NCBI GenBank assembly: GCA_032718475.1
Contig: JAUCBJ010008649.1
Coordinates: forward strand, 1 to 33,550
DNA from: Nemertoderma westbladi
Taxonomy: Eukaryota > Animalia > Xenacoelomorpha
DNA: 33,550 bases
Direction: 5' to 3'
The notes below the pieces were generated by a model. It was not told the origin of the DNA. It ran no database searches and was given only the letters and a program-made list of their open reading frames with translations. Shown piece after piece: positions 21,605 to 32,750 of this stretch. A program made the position numbers and the translations under genes. Within the stretch, counting starts at the first letter, position 1; every line of letters starts with the position of its first letter.

Positions 21605-23809
21605 TCACGAATAACCTAACATATAATCACTGACAGGAGGTTTCCACCCAGGAGGCATTGTAGGACCCTTTATTTTTAAGGAAATCTTTTTTACTGGAGT
21701 TTCATGTTTGAACTTTTGATTATCAACTGGAGGGTCTTGTATTTCATCGTCGCCAGTTATCGTCACGGGAATATCATTCACAATTACAGCGTCTGAGTCA
21801 GGGGATAAATGATAAGAATTTGATTTTGAGTCGATAATTATTTTATGCTGTGTTGATTCAGTTTCAGACTGAATTCGATCCAGGGTTCCTTCATTCTTAA
21901 CAACCGGTCCAAGTTCGCTAAGTTTCTCATTAATATCATCTTCCTCAGTGTCACCAGTCTCCACCTTATCCGCCGATGTCGACCGCGGTGTCACGCAGCA
22001 ACGCCGTGTCCGCTTCACAACGCCAGCGAGGCCGCCCCGTTTACCCACCAGTACGTTGACTCCACCCGAACTGGACACAATCGTTGGCAATGCAGTCGGT
22101 TTAGTTACCTTAACAAGACGTTGTAAATCCCCGCGTTCCTTCCGCAATGCGAACAACCGACGTCGCGCGTCGTACCTTCGTCTCGCGTCCATGGCACAAC
22201 GTTTAATTCCCTTCATATAGTCATCTAACGACTCATCCTTAGAGGTTTTATCATCGACTTCTATTGGAGTCTCGAGTAAACCTTCTATCTCTCGCACCTC
22301 GTTATCTACCGCAGTTAGCCTTTCCGTTAACGAGCGGTGTGTGTGCACCTCTTCGTGCAACACCCCCGCCTGCACCATCCGTCTCCGTCGCTTCTTCTCA
22401 ACATCGCCGGTCCGATCCAGGTAAACATCCTCGTCACTATCGTAGTAATCCGCGTCGGCGAGTTGTTTCCGTTTGGTTTCCCGTCGCTCGTGGAATGCCC
22501 GTCGCAACAATCCCCGAGCGTCCAGCATCCGACACGCCTCCAACGCGCATTGAACCACGGCTTCCTTCTTCTTCCCACTGACCACCGCCTCGGCAACTAC
22601 AGCCCTGCCATCGGCGTCCTCTACAGGAAGCTCAACACGACATGTAAACTTACCAACTCCACTTTCCTCGCAATCGTAAACTAACTCCTCGCCTTCTCTC
22701 TCGAAATATCCGCGCAACGTTTTCTTTGGATCTGTTAGATTCATCGGCTTCTTATCTTCAATAACAGCGAATGGATTATCGGCATTTCTTTCATCATCAT
22801 CATCTATGGCGTCCTCAGGAATCCCCCACATACAAACATTATCATCATTTCCCGCTTCGTTCTTAACATCTACCTTTCTCTCAACTCTCCGTCGCTGATC
22901 AGCTTCTTCCATCGCCAATCGTTGCGATTTTATCTCAGTGACAGTCAACCCCGATTCCGCCTCCATGTCCTCAGCTGGCCCTTTCATTATATAGGACCGC
23001 GAACTTTGCCCCAATTTGATTTGATGACCGACTCTGACCCTGTGGAAGCAACGAGGCACCAACAGTTCCTTGTTGAGGAACGTTCCGTGGGTGCTCCCCA
23101 GGTCGTAGAGATACAACCCTTGCTGGAGATCCCCTTCGGTCTCCCTTACATTCCGGTATTGGACGACCACGTGGAACCGGGATATAGACGGATGTTCCAC
23201 CACCAGATCGCAGCTGGAACCGCGGCCTATCAGGGTAAATGACCTGCAAGATAAATCGACCTCCTCTACGATCCTGCCATCTTTTAATATCTCGAGAGCG
23301 TAGCCTTGACGGGGAGCGACACCGCCCCAATGCGGTTCTTTATAGGGGATCGACTTCGGAGTAGCCGACGATCTTACAACCGGTTTTACGTTGCCGATAA
23401 CTTTATTATCAGGTTTACCGGTACTATAATTTTGCGTAGAATTTAAAACAACGATTGAATTCCCTTCAATTACATTTGTTTGACTTTTAGCAACAGGAGC
23501 GGTGTTGGATTCATGTGAATGAGGATTATTTTCGGTAGACGAAGTAGATATTATAATGTCATTCTGTTTTAAAATTAACGATGATTTATGGTGGTCGGAT
23601 TTTCTACGATGTTCAACTGGCAGGCCAGGTATCTTAAAGTCGTCCTTTTTAACTGGCCAAGGTGTCTGCATCTTATCGTTATCAACTTGTGTAGACATAT
23701 TTGCATCATCTTTATCAATGGGTTTAGCCATTTCAAACTCAAGCTCTTCTCTCTCATTGACGGTATCATGAGATATATCCATATCCGTAGTCTCTTCAGA
23801 TTTTATCAT
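21605..23809 (-). CDS. SLC4A1AP: Kanadaptin (SLC4A1 adaptor protein; FHA and dsRBM-like domains), 734 aa, intronless
   Basis: YKEPHWGG; FHA IGR...CD...EHPSISRFH.V.QYR...LYDLGSTHGTFLNK; C.WG..EDA; DPKKTLRGYFEREG...CRVELP...KKKEAVVQCALEACRMLD; YYDSDED.YLDRTG.VEKKR; C-terminal W.PP...LGY. Confidence 0.96.
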   Translation of the reverse strand: MIKSEETTDMDISHDTVNEREELEFEMAKPIDKDDANMSTQVDNDKMQTPWPVKKDDFKIPGLPVEHRRKSDHHKSSLILKQNDIIISTSSTENNPHSHESNTAPVAKSQTNVIEGNSIVVLNSTQNYSTGKPDNKVIGNVKPVVRSSATPKSIPYKEPHWGGVAPRQGYALEILKDGRIVEEVDLSCRSFTLIGRGSSCDLVVEHPSISRFHVVVQYRNVRETEGDLQQGLYLYDLGSTHGTFLNKELLVPRCFHRVRVGHQIKLGQSSRSYIMKGPAEDMEAESGLTVTEIKSQRLAMEEADQRRRVERKVDVKNEAGNDDNVCMWGIPEDAIDDDDERNADNPFAVIEDKKPMNLTDPKKTLRGYFEREGEELVYDCEESGVGKFTCRVELPVEDADGRAVVAEAVVSGKKKEAVVQCALEACRMLDARGLLRRAFHERRETKRKQLADADYYDSDEDVYLDRTGDVEKKRRRRMVQAGVLHEEVHTHRSLTERLTAVDNEVREIEGLLETPIEVDDKTSKDESLDDYMKGIKRCAMDARRRYDARRRLFALRKERGDLQRLVKVTKPTALPTIVSSSGGVNVLVGKRGGLAGVVKRTRRCCVTPRSTSADKVETGDTEEDDINEKLSELGPVVKNEGTLDRIQSETESTQHKIIIDSKSNSYHLSPDSDAVIVNDIPVTITGDDEIQDPPVDNQKFKHETPVKKISLKIKGPTMPPGWKPPVSDYMLGYS

Positions 23810-24003
23810 ATAGCATAGTATAGCCTAATCAGATAATTATTGAATAGGCTGATAGGCCTAAGTCCTGAAGTCAACTAATAATGTAATAATACCGGTACTG
23901 TAATAGGCCTACTGTAATACAGTAAAAAAAAAAACGGAGAAAAAATTCAGTATCACCTTTCATGGAAATTAATTATTTTCTACTATGATAGAAATTAATT
24001 ATA

Positions 24004-25028
24004 TCTAATATATATAAATCTGCTCAGTTTGTATGTATATATGTATGTATGTCCATCGATAAACGTCGTCAGATTTTGCTCTCATTCTTTGCTTTGTGGC
24101 TCATTCGATGCGTATTAACACGATGCAGACAGCTGTCACTTTCTCCGGGTGATATTTTACACGTTTATTGTTTGCGTGAGGTCGAGGTAGGCCTAGCAGT
24201 TCAGTCCTGTAGTCTGTCACTGTACATTGGGGCTTATCTTGACTCTATCTTGCACGCCTACGTGATACATATTGTGCGTCATAAGCACGTGAACGTGAAC
24301 CGTCATTATCTCGAAGCTAATTTTACGCATATGCCCAGCCCAGATGCCTGTATGCCCTTGGTGAATGCGTATTTGTGGTCAAATTGGGCTATTCTGTAGT
24401 CGTTTTCGGCCAAATTGCTGGTCAACAGGCAGGAAACTGTATTACTGTACTGTATTACATCAGTTGCACAATCAGACTCAGTCTGTTCTAACTGACACTT
24501 TGCAGATATATATATACCTGACCATAGCAGCATAGGTTTTGAAGGACACTGATCAGTCTGCGATTCCCCAGTCTACCGATAGGTGGCGGAATATCTGAAA
24601 GTGACAATCATCTCCAACTTTGTTATTAATAATAATAAAAATTACAAAAAGTAACATAAAAATAACAAAAAGTAAATTTACAATCCTTTTAGACTGATAC
24701 TTCTGTACTTGCTAGCATCTACTACAGCATACAGTCTGTATCTTTAGATAAATGCAGCGCCGTCTGCATAACACCAGTCTGCAGGTAGAGTGTGAAATTT
24801 CTGAAAGTTAACATTTTCCTCGAACTTTTGATTACAATTGCTGTTAAGCTGAAACTTGACACTATCTCCTACGACCGGGTGGGGTTTTACTGTATTTCAT
24901 GATGGTATGAATCTGTTCCATATGCAGTTCCCCAACCTGCCACGCATTTCTCAACATATTCATTCACGTATCATCTGTACATGGACTAGAAAGCTGCGGC
25001 CCGAAGGGCAACAGGCTTTCTACAGTAG
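24004..25028 (+). mobile_element. Probable non-autonomous Helitron (~1.0 kb)
   Basis: 5' A|TCTAATATATATAAA followed by a (TGTA)n tract. 3' hairpin TAGAAAGC...GCCC-GAA-GGGC...GCTTTCTA (24987-25022) ending CTA[CAGTA]G|T, i.e. CTAG with a 5-nt insertion; sits between A and T with no TSD. Confidence 0.55.
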
Positions 25029-25414
25029 TACATAAAAATTATACAACTGGAATCCCCATACCCCATTGTTCCATTATAGTTTTTAATTGGTTCAAGTGAT
25101 TTGCGCGCCCATGTGAAGAATACCAGGATTTCACTTGTTATACAGGTTGAACCATGCTCTGAACTTTTTAAGATTAATTGTACAATTATTAGCCTACATT
25201 ACTCATATTTTCTTTCTTATTATACTTGTACTGTTACTGTACTAATGAATAATTATAATTGAACTAAATTAAATAATTGTAATATTTGCAATTTTACTTA
25301 TTTTTAGTTAATGTGGATATCAATCTACTACCCCTACATTGCTTCTTAATATTTAGATATTTATTTATATAAACGCTAATAAACAAGTCCAAGTTCACAG
25401 TAAGCTCCAAAGAT

Positions 25415-25686
25415 AGCTTGCTTGAGCCTGTGGATGACTTGTGCTACCTTGGTATCATGGATCCGGAAGTCTGGTGAAGACATTCGAATACGCAAGGGAG
25501 AAAGCATATCGGCAGCACTGAATAGATTGGGAAGATTGGGAAGTGCCATATAGAATAAAACGCGATCTCATTGTTCGATTATTTAGGGCAGCAGTAGAAC
25601 CATAGTACTCCTATTCAAACTGCAGGATACGAAATCTCTTGATGGCACTTCACAAGAATGATCTGTGCCGGGTTCATTGTGTCATG
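25415..25686 (+). mobile_element. Degenerate RTE-like LINE RT C-terminal fragment
   Basis: With frameshifts reads LEPVDDLCYLG.WI...EDIRIRKG...AALNRLG.IG...RDLIVRLFRAAVE..LLF...SLDG...RMI, matching the post-YLG region of RTE-type RTs. Confidence 0.7.
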
Positions 25687-27025
25687 TACAATTAACACTT
25701 CTCCAATCAGACTATTACAACATTGGAAGTGTTTAATTTGTCTCCCCAAGCTTAACACTTAACACATACCCCCCTCCCCCAGACCAAATTTGAGTCGGTG
25801 CAAATCGCACCAGTCGGTTCACGCAAACTTAACACCATGAAACTATTTTACAGTGAAATGACAGTGAAAGAGGGAAAATTGGTTGAACTATAATAATGGT
25901 TGTCAGACTGGGAATACTTTGCCTATGGTAATAGGCCTTTGTGTATTATCTTTGTTTTCATTTCAATCTAATACAGTATTTAGTGTTTATTTAATTATAC
26001 TGGTACTACTGACTACTTACCTTATTCAAAACTGTCAATTTGTTAACTAAATAAAGAAACGAATACCTACGGGCAGCACGCAGCAATACGATATCTCATC
26101 GCGGTAAAATGTAAAGACTGTTAGGTATGAAAGACTTTAGAGTCATTGTTAGTGATAGGCCTAGCATGTGAAAAGGATATTGTTGAAACTGTCGAATTGA
26201 GGCAGTAGGCCTACATACTGGATTTCTTTGAAAAAAAAACGTAGTATTCAATTCAAATAATTAAAACGATAATTTAGTTAAATTGAAATTTTTTGTGAAC
26301 TTTTATAATATAATAAAAAAGGCTTTATATAATAAAGCCTACTTCTTCGTTTTAAATATTAATATTTAGTTGGAACAATTTAATAAAAATTTACAATTCT
26401 ATTAAAATTACCAGCTGCATAAAAGTATAATGTTTTATTCTTAAATTGTTACTTTTTCGTTCGAATATACCCCGAATAAAAGTTTCACTTTTTTTCCCTA
26501 GAGAAAAAAGTAATGCATAGAAATGCATTAATTTTACTTCTTTTTTCGAACGAATAAAATGTTTTTCGACGCAGTAAAAGCTGCAACGTTAATGTCTGCA
26601 ACACGTACTCCAACACGGAACTCAATATCCAATATTGGTTTATGTTTTTAAGCGGCTCTTTACTGTTCGACTGTTATAACTGTTCGAGATTAAATTATTT
26701 AACATTGAGTAAGACAGCATCAAGAGCTGAGGAATACAGTAATTGGAATCGCAGTTACTTTGGAAGCAATATAGAAAATACTTCAGTTCAATTTATTTTG
26801 TAACACTATATCTATCGCTCTATATTTTATTAAAGAATTGAGCAACAAAAAGTAGGGCCTACCAATTTAAGAATAAATTTACGTATTACATGGGGAAAAA
26901 GTAGACCATTATTTTTTCAATATTCTCTCGACTCTTTATTATCCTCGCTGACGCTCAGTAAATATAATGCCTTACACCCCCCCCCCCCCCCCCACCCACT
27001 TGTTATGGTCTAGCGCCGCCCCTGG

Positions 27026-27118
27026 TGGTGGACAGCCCATGACTTTCTTGAGACGCATCTTAACGGCAGCTGGCCTAGAAAATGAGGATGATCTAGCAAA
27101 TATGTCATGGGTGATAGA
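27026..27118 (+). mobile_element. RTE-like LINE 3'-end fragment, inverted paralog of ~28790-28899
   Basis: TGGTGGACAGCCCATGACTTTCTTGAGACGCATCTT...CTGGCCT.GAAAATG.GGATGATCTAGCAAAT..GTCATGGGTGATA matches the reverse complement of the 28.8-kb fragment. Confidence 0.7.
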
Positions 27119-27689
27119 CTGCGATAGGGAGTTATTGTAGTTATATCATAATTATATATTTATCATAACATTCATAACTGTTGTCTGGGTCATTATAACG
27201 GTTATTGGCATTGCCAAGCCATTACACCCAATACAGCCCATGTAAATCAATTGTGAGATTCGTTCTTCATCTTCGTATGCTGGGATTCGCCTCGCCCCAC
27301 AACGTCCCCGTCCAGTTAGGCATTTTTTCATGATAAGTGGAGGGAAATTTAAAAGACGTTATATTTTAGGAACTTGGCACTGGCCTGACAGTAGGCCTGC
27401 TACAGGAGTACAGCAGTACTTCATACTTATCTGCTTATGACTTACGGTACCGGTACCTTACAGCCTTACCTGATTACTCCTACTACAGTCTGACAGTATT
27501 GCAGTACTACCGGTCTGCCGGTATAAAGTTACTTCAGTACTTAGGGATCTTATAGGCCAGGCTACTGAATAATAGTAAATTTGTAGATGGTGTTTGGTCA
27601 GTTGGTGTACCGTACCGGCAGTCGGTGAGAAGTCAAAAATTGGACTTGAGTCCAAAATTGGACTTCGACTCCAGTTCAAGTCCAAAATT

Positions 27690-27825
27690 GGACTTCTGTG
27701 AGTCCAATATTGGACTTCAAATCAGCCAATTGTTCCAGGGCCTTGGGTAATTGGATCGGACTTCTGTGAGTCCAATATTGGACTTCAAATCAGCCAATTG
27801 TTCCAGGGCCTTGGGTAATTGGATC
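27690..27825 (+). repeat. 68-bp perfect tandem duplication inside the TIR element
   Basis: GGACTTCTGTGAGTCCAATATTGGACTTCAAATCAGCCAATTGTTCCAGGGCCTTGGGTAATTGGATC at 27690 and 27758. Confidence 0.95.
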
Positions 27826-28548
27826 GGGCGGGATTTTTTTTTTTTAATCGAAAATATATGAAAAAATAAGAGTTTTGAACAGGGGGACCTGAAATTCACC
27901 AGGGGGAACTTTTTTTATAAGGCTTTGAATTTTTACAAAAGTCCAATATTGGACTTTAAGTCTAATTTTGGACGTGACATTGAGAATCAAACTTAAAGGT
28001 ACATGAAGCATGACAGATGAGAGACAGCCAGACAGCTATTAAGTTATGGAAAGTTTCCTTTGCAGAGCTCTGTATGTATCTTCAGTGTACTGTACTTAGA
28101 ATATAGGCTAAATGGTACATTCTAGCATTCTAGGTACTTTGTACTTTACTTTTAGCATATTGTTTACATTCATGTTATGTCTAACCTTACAGCCTTATGT
28201 ACCCAGGATTTTAGAGCAGTAGAGTCTTTAGGACTAGATTAGATTATGCTCCAAAAAAATATTTAATTACAAATTATATTTGGTGGAAACTGGTAGCAAT
28301 GCCAGGTTTGCCAACAACAGCTGCTGCTAAGGCTAACTACAGTACAAGCTATGATTTCGTCTAAGCCTATGGGAGCCCTATCAGAAAGAAATACTACAAG
28401 TTGATGCTACCACCATCTCTTCTAATTTTTCAATACAACAGGAAGGGTGTTTTAAAACAGCTGTATAAAGGGGATTAGTAACTGATTAACGTGTTGGGGT
28501 CTCCACATAATAGTACAGAAGTAAGAAGTAACACACGTCATAATTATA

Positions 28549-28616
28549 AACCAATTGAGGGAAAGGAACAGGTTACAGAGGCAGGCTTTTCTAACTAAAA
28601 CAATAAACGGCCACTT
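28549..28616 (-). repeat. Inverted copy of the 68-bp dispersed repeat unit seen at 15009-15205
   Basis: CCAATTGAGGGAAAGGAACAGGTTACAGAGGCAGG.TTTTCTAACTAAAACAATAAACG is the reverse complement of the 15-kb unit. Confidence 0.85.
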
Positions 28617-28762
28617 TTGACTTTACCAATTGAAGGAGCCCTATCACCTCACCACATGATACTACTACTACAATCGGCATGCTGCATTACAGCTGCATTA
28701 TATATATAGACCCTATTACTGTATTAAGAATGCTGTGCCGACTTGTTGACAAAAGTGCGCCT

Positions 28763-29010
28763 CCACAACTCCATTACACTCTTACAGCCTTATCACCCAT
28801 GACATTTGCTAGATCATCCGCATTTTCAAGGCCAGTGTCCTTTAAGACAGTAAGAAAGACTGAAAGATGCGTCTCAAGAAAGTCATGGGCTGTCCACCAT
28901 GCTTATTCACTCCATGAGGTGCACTGGCTGATCCTCACGGCTTAAAAGCGATGTCCTGCAAAGCGGAGGCGGCTTTGTTCTAGTGACAAGCTTGGGGGAA
29001 CCAATGACTG
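28763..29010 (-). mobile_element. RTE-like LINE ORF 3'-end fragment nested in the TIR element
   Basis: Minus strand, with frameshifts: EQSRLRFAGH...REDQPV...PHGVNKHGGQPMTFLRRI...LKDTGLENADDLANVMGDK, the typical RTE C-terminus (RLRFAGH...HG...G.P...DTGL...M.DR). Confidence 0.75.
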
Positions 29011-30157
29011 AATGAGACACCTCCAACTCCAATGCTATATAGTGTCTGGTTGGAGATACAGAGATGTGTATATTGTACTTGACACAGTGAACCTAATCAA
29101 AACAATTAGTCAATAAACATTAACTCAATTACATAATAGGTTACAGTTTTCAGTAGTCTTATTTTTGCCATACGAAAATACCACAGGTATGGGTATGAAT
29201 GAACTATACAGCTATAACTCAACTACCTGACTACCGCTACCGCGGTATACACCCGCTAAGGCAGTAAGGCTACCACAAAGCCATACCACTACCGCAAAAA
29301 GTAACTACTGATGTCTGACTGTACGTGTGCGATCCCTGCTTATAATACTTATAATAATTAATTTGATCATTAAAATAATGTTGCATTGTAATTATGTAAT
29401 ATATATGTACTGATACGGGATGCAGTTTTGATTTAAATACCGATATACAGTATGGCAGCATGGGTACACTTGGAGTTGTACTAAAGTCCAATATTGGACT
29501 TTGGAGTCCAAAATTGGACTTGAAGTCTAAAATTGGACTTGAAGTCCAATTTTTGACTTCTCACCGACTGACCGGTTACCGGTAGGTTCTGCAGTTTCAT
29601 GCGGGGTTCTTCTGGGGTTGCTGGGTTGCGATATCCAGATATCGAGTTCCTGAATATCGACTGATCGATTACAGGATTAGGCCTATCTGCCTATGGATTA
29701 ACTACATACTGACATACAGGATGCAGGATACAGCAACAGCATAGGCAGATAGGCCTACCACACTGCCATAGCACAGGAATATCAGAATTCACTTCACTAC
29801 TCTTCTCTGCTAGGCTGCTAGGCCTAGCGCCTAGGGTTGTAGGGGCCTACTGCAGCTCAGCAGCTGTCTGACTTTGCAATTGCAATGCAGCTTCCACACA
29901 CCCCGCCCGCGCCCGCAATATTGAATATGTAAATATCATGTAATATTAGCGTTATTTTTAGGATTTATAATTGGATAGGCCTAGCTACCTAACATGTGAT
30001 AGCGATCTGATGGCAGATGGGGGGCACTGCACTAGTAGTGTATTCTGGTAGTACAGTAGTAGTGATATAGTGACTAATAGCAATAGCAGAATAGGGCACC
30101 CTCCTAATCTGCTAATCCGGGTGCCCGCGCCCGGTTAGTACAGGAGCAGGTTACAGA

Positions 30158-30220
30158 CAGTCGGGCACTTTGTCAATATTGACATGTTGTCAATATTGAC
30201 ATGATGTCAATATTGACATG
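30158..30220 (+). mobile_element. Putative left terminus of a second CAGTCGG-type TIR element with tandem 14-bp palindromes
   Basis: CAGTCGGGCACTT followed by three TGTCAATATTGACA palindromes at 17-bp period. It begins exactly where a copy of the GGAGCAGGTTACAGA repeat is cut off; right end not found. Confidence 0.5.
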
Positions 30221-30479
30221 TTTTGATCATAAATTTTTTAAATATTGTGATTTAAAAAGTAAAAAATGTTTTTTTGTAAATAGAATATCTATTTTAATTA
30301 AACAGTTAAAATATTGTTGAATCCAACCAATGTATATTGTTGTTTGTAATAATTTTAATGATATGTTTCCTATTGCATGTCAATATTGACTTCTAATGTC
30401 AATAGGCCTATTGAAATTAATAATTAAATTAAAAGAAATAATTAAATAATTACAATTAAAAATACATAAAAGATCTCTC

Positions 30480-32750
30480 AAAGCTGCTCAGAGACCTTTG
30501 TGCGGCATGATAAACGCTGACAAGTGATGTTGAAACCATTCAGAGACCTTTGTGCAGCATGATAAATGCTGAAAAGAGCTGTTGAGACTGTTCAGAGATC
30601 TTCAAGCAGCTTGAGAAGGACTGAAAATAGGTTTTAAACTTTCAGGCCTTCGCGCAGAATGTGAAATACTGAAAAGAGTGATAAAACTGTTCAGTGTTCA
30701 AATTTCTGTTGAAACTGTCCAGAGGCCTTCGTGCAGCATGAGAAATGCTGAAATGGAAATGGGCTGTTGAAATGAAACTGTTAAAAGGCCTTCGTGCAGC
30801 ATGAGAAATAATGCAAAGAGCTGATAAAACTGTTCAGAGGCCTTCATGCGGTATGAAAATAACATTTGAAGTTGTTCAGACTCAGAGGGCTTTGTGCAAT
30901 ATGAGAATGCCGAAAATAGCTGCTGAAACTGTTCAGATGAGGCCTTCATAACAAAAAAAAAATGATAAATGCTGCATGATAAATGCTGAAAAGGGCTGTT
31001 GAAACTGCTAAAAGGCCTTCATGGAGAATGAGAAATTCTGAAAAGAGCTGATAAAACTGTTCAGAGTCCTTCATGCAGCATGATAAATGCTGAAAATAAT
31101 ATTTGAAGTTGTTCAGAGGGTTTCATGCAATATGAGAATGCCGAAAATAGCTATTGAAACTGTTCAGAGGCCTTCATGCAGAATGATAAATGCTGAAAAG
31201 GGCTGTTGAAACTGCCAAAAGGCCTTCATGCAGCATGACAAATACTGAAAAGAGCTGATAAAACTGTTCAGAGTCCTTCATGCAGCATGATAAATGCTGA
31301 AAAGGGCTGTTGAAACTGCTAAAAGGCCTTCATGCAGCATGAGAAATACTGAAAAGAGCTGATAAAACTGTTCAGAGTCCTTCATGCAGCATGATAAATG
31401 CTTAAAATAACATTTTAAGTTGTTCAGAGGGCTTCATGCAATATGAGAATGCCGAAAATAGCTATTGAAACTGTTCAGAGGCTTTCATGCAGCATGATAA
31501 ATGCTGAAAAGGGCTGTTGAAACTGCTAAAAGGCCTTCATGCAGCATGAGAAACACTGAAAAGAGCTCATAAAACTGTTCAGAATCCTTCATGCAGCGAT
31601 GATAAATGCTGAAAAGGGCTGTTGAACTGCCAAAAGGCCTTCATGCAGCATGAGAAATACTGAAAAGAGCTGATAAAACTGTTCAGAGTCCTTCATGCAG
31701 CATGATAAATGCTGAAAATAACATTTGAAGTTGTTCAGAGGGCTTCATGCAATATGAGAATGCCGAAAATAGCTGTTGAAACTGTTCAGAGGCCTTCATG
31801 CAGCATGATAAATGCTGAAAAGGGCTGTTGAAACTGCTTAAAAGGCCTTCATGCAGCATGAGAAATACTGAAAAGAGCTGATAAAACTGTTCAGAGTCCT
31901 TCATGCAGCATGATAAATGCTGAAAATAACATTTGAAGTTGTTCAGAGGGCTTCAGTGCAATATGAGAATGCCGAAAATAGCTGTTGAAACTGTTCAGAT
32001 GCCTTCGTGCAGCATGATAAATGCTGAAAAGGGCTGTTGAAACTGTTAAAAGGCCTTCATGCAGCATGAGAAATACTGAAAAGAGCTGATAAAACTGTTC
32101 AGAGTCCTCAAGGCAGCATGATAAATGCTGAAAATAACATTTGAAGTTGTTCAGAGGACTTCGTGCAATTTGAGAATGCCGAAAATAGCTGTCGAATCTG
32201 TTCAGAGGCCTTCGTGCAGCATGAGAAATGCTGAAAAGAGCTGTTGAAACTGTTAAAAGCCCTCGTGCAGCATGAAAAATACTGAAAAGAGCTCATAAAA
32301 CTGTTCAGAATCCTTCATGCAGCATGATAAATGCTGAAAAGAAAAAAGTTGAAATTGTTCCGGGGGCTTCGTGCAACATGATAAATGTTGGAAATAGCTG
32401 TTAGAACTACTCAGAGACCTTCACGCAGCATGAGAAAGGCTGAAAAGAGCTGTTGAAACTATTAAAATGAATTCGTAAAGCATGATAAATGCTGAAATGA
32501 GCTGTTTAAATTGTTCCGAGGCCTTTCTGCAGCTTGATAAATACTGAAATAACTGCGAAATTGTCCAGGCCTTTGCGCAACATGGGAAATGCTTTGAAAC
32601 TGTAAAAGGTTTTGAAACTGTTCTGAAGCCTTCGCCTGTTTGCAGCTTTGCATCGTCGCAATTTTCCAACCATGCAAACACGAATTGTTGAAACAATTCC
32701 GAGGCCTTCGTGCAGCATGGGAAATGCTGAAAAGGACTGTTGAAACGGTT
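30480..32750. repeat. 52-bp satellite array (~2.3 kb) with a four-monomer 207-bp higher-order repeat
   Basis: Monomer types A (..AAAAGGGCTGTTGAAACTGCTAAAAGGCCTTCAT), B (..AAATACTGAAAAGAGCTGATAAAACTGTTCAGAGTCC..), C (..AAAATAACATTTGAAGTTG..) and D (51 bp, GCAATATGAGAATGCCG..). Homogeneous core 30972-32215 with diverged flanks. Confidence 0.95.

Larger units (their letters stand above)
27619..29570. mobile_element. Non-autonomous TIR DNA transposon (1,952 bp) with 29-bp perfect TIRs, subterminal palindromic repeats and 5-bp TSD
   Basis: CAGTCGGTGAGAAGTCAAAAATTGGACTT (27619-27647) is the exact reverse complement of 29542-29570. ACCGG flanks both ends (27614-27618 and 29571-29575). AGTCCAAWATTGGACT is repeated at both ends; no transposase. 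Confidence 0.88.

Noticed and set aside
21948-23818. Overlapping and antisense ORFs within kanadaptin (likewise within VBP1, ZNHIT2, the Smr gene and the retroelement)
   Set aside because: Shadow ORFs of GC-richer coding sequence with no recognisable motifs.
24049-24533. ORFs inside the putative Helitron as captured gene fragments
   Set aside because: No recognisable protein motifs; cannot be supported without a search.
30480-32750. CRISPR-like array or repetitive protein gene (minus-strand ORFs 30698-32781)
   Set aside because: No unique spacers, since the variable parts recur as A/B/C/D types, and no cas genes. The 52-bp monomer shifts frame each unit, so the short ORFs are by-products of the satellite.
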